40,732 bases of DNA from a virus (lineage: Duplodnaviria; Caudoviricetes), in IMG/VR virus record IMGVR_UViG_3300034521_000090, positions 1-40,732 of that record; one strand, written 5' to 3'. The notes below the pieces were generated by a model. It saw only the letters and a program-made list of their open reading frames with translations. It searched no databases and had not been told where the DNA came from. This document shows, in pieces, positions 33,666 through 40,732 of the stretch; positions within the stretch are counted from its first letter, which is position 1; the number at the start of each line of letters is the position of its first letter. The position numbers and the translations under genes are program-made.

Positions 33666-34249
33666 TGCTGTATTCCCCCTTTTCGGATTCGATGGTGGAC
33701 TGGTTATCCCGCGACAGGGTGACGGTTGCGATCGCCGCGAATATTCAGTTTGAATCCGGTACCGTCTATGTGCATTCCGGTACCGGGACACTGGTTCTTG
33801 GCGGCTATGTCTATTACGGCATGGGGCGCATGGGCTCCGTTGATGATGCCAGTGAAACCAGCACGACCAGCCCGACGCAGGTCAAAATGACCCTCTCAGG
33901 TCTGGATATGGCCCTCTTTGCCACCACGCTGAATGAGCGATGCGTGGGCAGAAATGCCGAAATCTATCTGGTGGCCATGGATGATAACGGTGTTGTCCAG
34001 GTTGCCGATCTCCTGTTTAAAGGGCGGGTATCCAGTACGGGGGCGACTGCTGGCGGGACGAACGCCCTGCAGTACACCATCAGTAATATTTTTGAAGACT
34101 GGCAGCGTCCCTTCCCCGATCGCTATACCGATGAATCGCAGCAGGCTGCTTATCCCGGCGACCGCATATTCCGGTATGTGGCGCAAATGTCTGAACGTTC
34201 GATTTACTGGGGCAGTAAAAAAGATGCACCAGGATTTACCTATAAGTGA
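33665..34249 (+). CDS. Minor tail / tip protein
   Basis: Coupled; Y.G.G.MG.V, RYTDESQQ..YPGD..F.YV. Confidence 0.8.
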   Translation: MLYSPFSDSMVDWLSRDRVTVAIAANIQFESGTVYVHSGTGTLVLGGYVYYGMGRMGSVDDASETSTTSPTQVKMTLSGLDMALFATTLNERCVGRNAEIYLVAMDDNGVVQVADLLFKGRVSSTGATAGGTNALQYTISNIFEDWQRPFPDRYTDESQQAAYPGDRIFRYVAQMSERSIYWGSKKDAPGFTYK

Positions 34250-34255
34250 GGAAGC

Positions 34256-34654
34256 ATGAAGCATCCGGACTGGCATAACAGATTAATTATCGTAATAAGG
34301 GCCGCTGAAAAGCGGCCTTTTTTATGGGGCAGTCATGACTGCTGCCTGTTCGCGGCGGACTGTGCTCAGGCCATGTGTGGCGAGGATTTTGCGGCGGGCT
34401 GGCGCGGAACCTACGACAGTGAGCATGGGGCAAAAAAGGCGTTATTGCGCGGCGGCGGTTCGCTTGAAAAGGTGCTTGCCCGGTATCTCGATGAGGTGCC
34501 GGTGAAGCTGGCGCAACGCGGGGATATTGCCGTTGTTGAAAATGCCGGGGCGCGATGCGCCGGGGTGGTGTATTCCGGCGTTGTGTGGGTGCCGGGCGAA
34601 AATGGTCTTGTCAGTCTGCGGGTTAAACCGTTGAGTGTCTGGAGGGTGCGTTAA
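34256..34654 (+). CDS. NlpC/P60-like tail assembly protein
   Basis: PF.WG.HDCCLFAAD, AQRGD. Confidence 0.8.
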   Translation: MKHPDWHNRLIIVIRAAEKRPFLWGSHDCCLFAADCAQAMCGEDFAAGWRGTYDSEHGAKKALLRGGGSLEKVLARYLDEVPVKLAQRGDIAVVENAGARCAGVVYSGVVWVPGENGLVSLRVKPLSVWRVR

Positions 34655-37374
34655 TGCCTGCTGCTGTTCCTATTGTTGCAACTATTGCCGCAGGTGTGGC
34701 AGCGGCAAATGAAATGTATGCCATCGCAATGGTTATTACAGTTGCCGCACAGATTGCCACTCAGGCGCTGACCAAGACGCCGTCGCTGAATTCCTATCGT
34801 GATACGTCAGAACGTAAACAGGTTCTGCGCGCTGCGGCCAGTGCCAAAACCGTTGTTTATGGTCGCTCAACGTCGGCGGGCACTTTGTTCTTTTCCGAAG
34901 AGCAGGCTGGCGAACAGGATGATGGCGAAATGCTGCATCTGGCCATTGTCCTGGCGGGACACCCGTTATCCGGTGTTCAGACTGTCTGGCTGGGTGATGA
35001 GCCGATCAGTAGCTATCCTGAGCATGCCTTTTTCGAGGTGCACACCAACCGCCAGACGGCGGACCCTTACATGCTGGAAAACTGCCCGTCATGGAAAGAA
35101 GACATGATCGGGAAAGGGATCACCTGGCTACGCGTATCCCTGAAGTTCAACGCTGAAAAATTCCCGGCAGGTATCCCTAACATCAAGGTAGAAAAACAGG
35201 GGCGTGCCGTTTATGACCCGCGTACCGGGTTGACGGGTTACAGCAACAATGCGGCGCTGGTTATCCTGGACTATTACCGCAATCACCTGAAAGTGCCCGA
35301 CACCGATATTCTCTGGGACCAGTTTAAGGAAGCGGCGAATATCTGTGATGAGGATGTGATTACTGGCGGTAATACCGTTGAGAAGCGCTATACCATCAAC
35401 GGTGAGTTCGATCTCAGTGAAAACAAAGTCAGTATTCTGGAGGGAATGCTGGCGGCATGCGCCGGGGATGTAACGTATACAGCGGGCAAACATGGCCTTC
35501 TGGTCGGGGCTTATTATGGTCCTGCGACAGAGGTGATCACTGAGAGCCAACTGGCCGGTGATATCGAAATCATGCCGGAAGTCTCTCAGGCGGAACGTGT
35601 TAACACTATCAAGGGGACATTTGTCGATCCGCAGCAGGGCTATACCGAAGCGGATTTCCCTTCTGTATCTGTCAGTGAATGGGTGACGGAAGACGGCGTG
35701 GAAATATCGCAGGATATGAAGCTGCGATTTGTGACCTCTGAATTTCAGGCCCAGCGTCTGGCAGACGTGAAGTTAAAGCGCACCCGCATCGCCAGAACCA
35801 TGAACGTTACGTTAAACCTGAGCGGGTACCGTTACCGCCCGGGAATGTATGTGAAGGTGAATTTCCCGTCTATCGGTATCGTGAATGTTGAGATGCGGGT
35901 AACTGACTGGAAATTTGGCGTGCAGAACGGTGTGCAACTGACGCTGAAGCAGGAAACGGCAGATGTCTGGGGCGACGCTGTTGGTAAACCGATTGAGCGG
36001 CCGCCGTTTACCCAGTTGCCATCAGGCGGAGTGGCGCAGCCGCAGAATCTGAAGTACACCGTGGAAGAAATTGGCCAGGTCGTGCAGGGCATTCTGTCCT
36101 GGCAAAACATCGGTCAGGTGGTCTACAACAAAGTGGTCATTCGCCGTAATGGTCAGATGGTGATGTCCGTCCAGGTTCCGGGGACGTTCACGCGTCTTAC
36201 CGGGTTACCGAAAAATACTTACACAGCCCACGTTATTGCCGTAAACCAGATGGGGGCAGAATCGCCAGAAGGGTATCTGGAATTCAGCATTGAAGCCCCG
36301 CCAGCACCTTCCCATGTTGATATTGAGCAGGGATTCTTTTCCATTACGCTGATCCCGCGTCTGGCGGCGATCACTAATGTTTCCACGCAGTTCGATTTCT
36401 GGACGTCAGGTGAAACGAAACTACCTGATACCTCAACAGCGACCGTGGAAGGGAATGCAAGCCGCGAAGGCATGGGAACCACATGGACAAGCAATCAGCT
36501 ACAGGTTGGAAATACCTATTACTGGTACATCAGAACGGTTAACGCCTTTGGTGCATCTGGTTTTATCGAAGTTCCGGCGTTGTGCTCTATGGACACGGGC
36601 GGGCTGATTGACATCATAGATGATCAGATTCAGAACTCTGACGCGTTCCAGAATATTAAGGCCGGGGTTGATACTAACCTGGAAGGCATTATGGAAAATG
36701 CGCTGGCTAATCATGGCTCCGTTGAGCATCAGTATCAACAATATGGTGAGGTACGCGCTGATATTCTGGTCGTAAAAACCACGGTGGCTACTGCTGAGCA
36801 GGGGCTTGCTGATTTATCCACCTATGTACAGGCTCAAATAGGACCGGAAGGAAGCCTGACTTCTGCGGTCAACCAGAAAATGACGGCTGAAGTAAAAAGT
36901 GACGGAACAGCGAAAGCCTCTTACACCCTGAATATGGGCATTGTGCGAGACGGTGTTAAATACAATACTGGATTTGGCATGTCTATTGAGCCATCAGGAA
37001 ACAGCTATAAATCCACAGTTGTATTTGCCGCCGATCAGTTCGGTATTTACTCCGGTAACAATCCAGGTAACTGGCAGGCTGCATTCTTTGTCTATAACGG
37101 GCAGGTATTTATTCGCAGCGCATTAATTCAGGAAGCATCCATCGATTTTGCGAAAATTACCGACTCACTTCAGTCTGCGAACTTCGTCCCCGGTGGTGGT
37201 GGGCGTGGATGGAATTTACCGAAATCTGGTAGCCCAGAATTCCATGGAAAACTCTATGCCGACAGTGGTGAGTTTGCATTTAACGGAGTGAATAACGTTA
37301 CTCGCATTGACGGCAACGGGATCACTGTAAATCTCTCGGGAGGTGGTCGCGTTGTTGTTGGACGCTGGACATAA
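34654..37374 (+). CDS. Tail tip / host specificity protein (J-like, FN3 domains)
   Basis: 906 aa; VYG, VYDPR, YYWYIRTVNAFG, C-terminal FAADQF...QVFIRSALIQ. Confidence 0.9.
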   Translation: MPAAVPIVATIAAGVAAANEMYAIAMVITVAAQIATQALTKTPSLNSYRDTSERKQVLRAAASAKTVVYGRSTSAGTLFFSEEQAGEQDDGEMLHLAIVLAGHPLSGVQTVWLGDEPISSYPEHAFFEVHTNRQTADPYMLENCPSWKEDMIGKGITWLRVSLKFNAEKFPAGIPNIKVEKQGRAVYDPRTGLTGYSNNAALVILDYYRNHLKVPDTDILWDQFKEAANICDEDVITGGNTVEKRYTINGEFDLSENKVSILEGMLAACAGDVTYTAGKHGLLVGAYYGPATEVITESQLAGDIEIMPEVSQAERVNTIKGTFVDPQQGYTEADFPSVSVSEWVTEDGVEISQDMKLRFVTSEFQAQRLADVKLKRTRIARTMNVTLNLSGYRYRPGMYVKVNFPSIGIVNVEMRVTDWKFGVQNGVQLTLKQETADVWGDAVGKPIERPPFTQLPSGGVAQPQNLKYTVEEIGQVVQGILSWQNIGQVVYNKVVIRRNGQMVMSVQVPGTFTRLTGLPKNTYTAHVIAVNQMGAESPEGYLEFSIEAPPAPSHVDIEQGFFSITLIPRLAAITNVSTQFDFWTSGETKLPDTSTATVEGNASREGMGTTWTSNQLQVGNTYYWYIRTVNAFGASGFIEVPALCSMDTGGLIDIIDDQIQNSDAFQNIKAGVDTNLEGIMENALANHGSVEHQYQQYGEVRADILVVKTTVATAEQGLADLSTYVQAQIGPEGSLTSAVNQKMTAEVKSDGTAKASYTLNMGIVRDGVKYNTGFGMSIEPSGNSYKSTVVFAADQFGIYSGNNPGNWQAAFFVYNGQVFIRSALIQEASIDFAKITDSLQSANFVPGGGGRGWNLPKSGSPEFHGKLYADSGEFAFNGVNNVTRIDGNGITVNLSGGGRVVVGRWT

Positions 37375-37382
37375 GGTGAACT

Positions 37383-38327
37383 ATGCCTGAAGGAATTCTG
37401 ATCGACTACAATGATGGACGCCCGGCAATGGCAATTACTGCAGGGCTGCGTGCCCCAAGTTTTTGCACATCCTTCTCGGGCTGGTCATCCCAGTCAATGC
37501 AGTACCCGGTCAATACGCCACTTGTTCCCGGCTCACTGGCTATCGTTGTACCCACCAATCCCATTTACATCTATTCCTTCGCTGAATTTGATGTGGCCAT
37601 TATGACAGGGGTCACCCGAAATGGTAATGCCGGGGTCATCATTGGTGCTGAGACAATCGGAGGTAAAGCCCTTACCCCGGACTGGTCTGGTTATGTCATG
37701 GAGCTGCTGCCTGCGGCGACTTATAACGAAGGGCTGTTTGTTTCAAACTCGACTGACTTCACCGCGATATCCAACCAGGCCGCCCTGATGACCTGCGCTT
37801 ATTCCGGGCGCATTACGGTTAGCGGCAGCGCGCCGCTTCCGGTGGGCGGTATTCCTTTTGGTAAATGGGATAACCCGAATGTGTCGGTGGGGTTTGATGG
37901 CGGCAACATCATCGTTCGCGATATTTCCTACACAGGGCGGGATGACTTAGAAGGCACAGCGACGATTGACCTGGTGATATTCAACCAGACGGCTCCTGTC
38001 GGTGGCGACGGTATCACAATGACCAACGCCGCAGGCCAGGTCACGTTCTCCACGCTGAAACGCCCGTTTGTATATGACCGACAAATCCAGATAACCGACG
38101 CATTCCAGGATATAGGCGGCGGGTTCTGCCAGATAGTCTATACCGGCGTTCAGGTACGAATGATTGGTGGATGGGGAAATATCAGAACCAAAGGCGTGGT
38201 CATGTCAGGCGGTAGCGTCAGGTCAGCCTACAACAAAGTATTTGCGGACCGTAACTCCGGTTCATGGGATATGACCCGAAACAGAAATATCGCCATGCCC
38301 ATTCTTATTCTTCCGAACATGTATTAA
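37383..38327 (+). CDS. Tail-tip-associated beta-rich protein
   Basis: Follows the J-like gene; GITMTNAAGQVTFST..RPFV motif. Confidence 0.75.
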   Translation: MPEGILIDYNDGRPAMAITAGLRAPSFCTSFSGWSSQSMQYPVNTPLVPGSLAIVVPTNPIYIYSFAEFDVAIMTGVTRNGNAGVIIGAETIGGKALTPDWSGYVMELLPAATYNEGLFVSNSTDFTAISNQAALMTCAYSGRITVSGSAPLPVGGIPFGKWDNPNVSVGFDGGNIIVRDISYTGRDDLEGTATIDLVIFNQTAPVGGDGITMTNAAGQVTFSTLKRPFVYDRQIQITDAFQDIGGGFCQIVYTGVQVRMIGGWGNIRTKGVVMSGGSVRSAYNKVFADRNSGSWDMTRNRNIAMPILILPNMY

Positions 38328-38336
38328 GGAACCACC

Positions 38337-39749
38337 ATGTCAGCAGGTGTTATTCAGTTAACTCATAACTCGGCAACAGTTCTTGGCTATCAGGCCTCTT
38401 TCAGTACGACGCTTCAGCCTGGTGACTTTGTCGTTTCTGTGGTGGGCGGCATCGCCTACACACTTCCGGTAAAATCCATTGAGAGCAATGATTCGCTGAC
38501 GCTGGTCAGTGCCTTTACTGGTCCGACAGCAAATAACCTGGCCTGGGATGCAGTTTCCCGTGTGACGCTGAATATGGTCACTGCCGCAATGGTGGTACAG
38601 AACACCGAAGCCCTTCGCGGACTGAACTACGACAAACAGAACTGGCAGCAGGTATTCAGCGGAACGGGGACAATAACTGTAAAGTTACCAGACCAGTCAA
38701 CGTTTACCGGCCCGTCCTGGAAATACCTCGCAGACCAGGTTGAGAATATTGATGGCGATACGCTGAAAAGGTCGAAGAATTTTTCAGACGTAGTGGACAA
38801 GGCACAATCGCGCTCAAATCTGGGATTAAAAGCACTTGCTGTAAAAAGTACTGTAGAGCTGAGCGGTGATGACACGACAGGAATACTGCCATTATCGAAA
38901 GGTGGTTCCGGTTTTGGGACGACTGCAGGTCTTCGTCAGGCCGCAGTCGTTCACGGTGTTGATGGTGCGTTTGGTTCTATCAACAATATCCTGACGTACT
39001 TTAATACTGCAGCCAGCAATGCAGGAGTGTTCTCTTTTCGTGATATTGCTGGTGATGCGACTGCCACATATCAGTGGTCCGCATCTGTGTTGCACCGGAC
39101 CTCTGATACCTATTCGATTTTTAGCGTAAATCATGCAAACGGTAATGTGAAGGTGGCGAGCGGCTCTGTTTCAGGCGGGATAGCATCCACATTTAACCAG
39201 AACACGTTATGGGGGACACGAAACACAACCGTTGATGGTAATGGTTTTCTAAAACAGGCATCCCCGGTAGTCATCATTCACCGTGACGGTTCTTATGAGA
39301 CTAACCATGAATCAGAAGGGTGCGCGGTAGAGCGGATTTCTGTTGGGCAATATCGTATCACCGGCTGCACTGGCCTGAATGCTGATGCTGTCTGGGGGGG
39401 GATCGATGGCGGTTTTGAAATCCCGGTCGACAGAAACAAGCAACCCCGCATCTGGCTGGACTACAAAGTTAATGCTGATGGCTCAGTACTGGTCAGAACG
39501 TATCACCGGGTTCATACCTCGGCGCCACCGTTTGCTCAGAACAGAATAGGGAACACCGATATTGACGGCGTGTTTACAGAGACAGTGGCCGACGGTGAGC
39601 CTGTCGATATTCCGGCAGATTCTTTTGTGTCTGTGCGTGTGGAAATGCCGGAAGACAGTATCTGGAACAGGATGCAGAAAGAGACACGTGAAGCGATAGA
39701 AAAAGCTGAACGGGAGCGCCAGCAAAATCAGCCGGATATCCAGCTATAA
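38337..39749 (+). CDS. Tail fibre protein
   Basis: MSAG.I.LT..S..V.G..F N-terminus, TGPSW, LPLSKGG.G, NTTVDGNGFLKQASPVV and conserved C-terminal domain. Confidence 0.9.
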   Translation: MSAGVIQLTHNSATVLGYQASFSTTLQPGDFVVSVVGGIAYTLPVKSIESNDSLTLVSAFTGPTANNLAWDAVSRVTLNMVTAAMVVQNTEALRGLNYDKQNWQQVFSGTGTITVKLPDQSTFTGPSWKYLADQVENIDGDTLKRSKNFSDVVDKAQSRSNLGLKALAVKSTVELSGDDTTGILPLSKGGSGFGTTAGLRQAAVVHGVDGAFGSINNILTYFNTAASNAGVFSFRDIAGDATATYQWSASVLHRTSDTYSIFSVNHANGNVKVASGSVSGGIASTFNQNTLWGTRNTTVDGNGFLKQASPVVIIHRDGSYETNHESEGCAVERISVGQYRITGCTGLNADAVWGGIDGGFEIPVDRNKQPRIWLDYKVNADGSVLVRTYHRVHTSAPPFAQNRIGNTDIDGVFTETVADGEPVDIPADSFVSVRVEMPEDSIWNRMQKETREAIEKAERERQQNQPDIQL

Positions 39750-39883
39750 AATTGATAGTTGCCGCAACCAGGCCGTATGCAAGAGCATGATTGCGGCTGA
39801 CTGACGAACGTCCGATAGTGCGAATATTGAATGATTGCCAGTCACGGCGGATTGTACTTAAGCAATATGACGGTTCAAGGCGT

Positions 39884-40126
39884 TTAATCTGAAACCAGCC
39901 ACATATCCGCCTCTTCAAACATTTCCTGAACAGTACGGCTTATCTGTTCTTTCTCATGCTTGCTGGCGTCAGTGTTGATCGCCGGCAGTGTCATCATCGG
40001 CTTAACCCGAACATCAGCATCAGGGAAAATCCGGTGAACCCTCTTACTCAATTCGCCCAGAATGATATCTTTTGCACCGGGCAGACCATCAAAATTCCTT
40101 TTGTCATAAACGAGTTCCACGAACAT
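39884..40126 (-). CDS. dinI: DinI-like protein
   Basis: MFVELVYDKRN...ELSKRVHRIFPD..VRVKPM...EMFEEADMW; LexA boxes upstream. Confidence 0.88.
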   Translation of the reverse strand: MFVELVYDKRNFDGLPGAKDIILGELSKRVHRIFPDADVRVKPMMTLPAINTDASKHEKEQISRTVQEMFEEADMWLVSD

Positions 40127-40143
40127 TGCTTATTGCTCCTTTA

Positions 40144-40183
40144 CTGGATGGATATACAGTATTTATACTGTGTTTTTATCCGG
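40144..40183. promoter_or_regulatory. Two LexA (SOS) boxes in a divergent promoter region
   Basis: CTGGATGGATATACAG 40144-40159 and CTGTGTTTTTATCCGG 40168-40183. Confidence 0.8.
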
Positions 40184-40204
40184 TATTCAAGAGAGGGCGT
40201 AAAC

Positions 40205-40594
40205 ATGGGCTTTCCTTCACCTGCGGCAGATTATGTTGAAACACGAATCTCCCTCGATCAGCAGCTAATCAGCCAGCCAGCGGCGACTTATTTCATGCGG
40301 GCATCGCGTTCACATTTCAGGGAAGGAATACTCCAGGGGGCGTTGCTTGTTGTGGATGCGTCACTTACTGCCTGTGATGGCTCACTGCTGGTATGTGCAA
40401 TAGACGGGGAGTTCAGGATTAAGCAATATCGAACTCATCCCCAACCCCACCTCGTTAATCTGGAGAACGGGAGAAGGGAAGCGCTGCCAGCAGATGATGA
40501 TGGTTACAGTACTGCACCCGCTATATTCGGGGTGATCACGTACATCATTAATGATGCCAGAAATGCGGAATTTGATGACTGCCCGGTGATGTAA
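40205..40594 (+). CDS. UmuD'-like (HumD-type) S24 protein
   Basis: Starts MGFPSPAADY, at the UmuD cleavage point; ATYF.RA, LVVD.S, DGEF.IK, IFGVITY. Confidence 0.85.
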   Translation: MGFPSPAADYVETRISLDQQLISQPAATYFMRASRSHFREGILQGALLVVDASLTACDGSLLVCAIDGEFRIKQYRTHPQPHLVNLENGRREALPADDDGYSTAPAIFGVITYIINDARNAEFDDCPVM

Positions 40595-40628
40595 CGATTT
40601 TCATGAGCCAAGGAACGGCTTTAAAGTG

Positions 40629-40650
40629 CGTGTACATATTTGAGTACATA
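40629..40650 (+). repeat. Putative integrase arm-binding repeats, right arm
   Basis: cgtgtacata 40629-40638 and tgagtacata 40641-40650, matching the left-arm motif. Confidence 0.65.
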
Positions 40651-40708
40651 AATATAAAGTAAATTGCAAATAAACTCTTATTATTTAGTTAATTACGATT
40701 TTATATAA

Positions 40709-40732
40709 TTATATCCATTTAACTAAGGGGAC
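40709..40732 (-). repeat. att core (right); truncated 5' tRNA-Arg fragment
   Basis: Identical to 1-24. On the minus strand it runs into AT-rich phage DNA, not into the remainder of a tRNA. Confidence 0.9.

Larger units (their letters stand above)
1..40732. mobile_element. Complete lambdoid (HK97-head, siphovirus) prophage
   Basis: Terminal 24-bp direct repeats, integrase at one end, and full immunity, replication, lysis, head and tail modules in canonical order. Confidence 0.97.

Noticed and set aside
38337-39749. Diversity-generating retroelement or invertible tail-fibre cassette
   Set aside because: No reverse transcriptase, invertase, template repeat or flanking inverted repeats seen

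Overview
The window is one apparently complete, ~40.7 kb temperate lambdoid siphovirus prophage from an enterobacterial host. It is bounded by a perfect 24-bp direct repeat (1-24 and 40709-40732) whose reverse complement matches the 5' end of tRNA-Arg(CCU), argW-type. Gene order: tyrosine integrase; an AT-rich accessory gene; a leftward early (pL) operon (xis, DUF550, Ea22-like, DGQHR/DndB-like, ParB-like, YfdQ/YfdP-like); a ~2 kb RNA-structure-rich pL leader holding two antisense gene cassettes; a P22 c2/DicA-like cI-cro switch with GTAAC-N4-GTTAC operators; SF2 helicase and primase; ninG, MT-A70 methylase and Q; lysis genes with a GH19 endolysin; HNH/cos/terminase; an HK97-type head; a non-contractile tail with morons on both sides of the tape measure gene; a tail fibre; and a LexA-boxed dinI / umuD'-like pair. 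The best novelty candidates are: (i) a cassette of a 2-TM protein flanked by two tiny proline-rich ORFs, with type I toxin-antitoxin-like RNA architecture (9632-10425); (ii) a D-arm-less tRNA-like RNA in the pL leader (8438-8501); (iii) a moron whose C-terminus resembles the tape measure C-terminus (32252-32689); (iv) a dnaX-like -1 frameshift signal that adds a zinc finger to the DUF550 protein and couples it to xis. All family assignments come from motif recognition by eye; no searches or folding programs were run.
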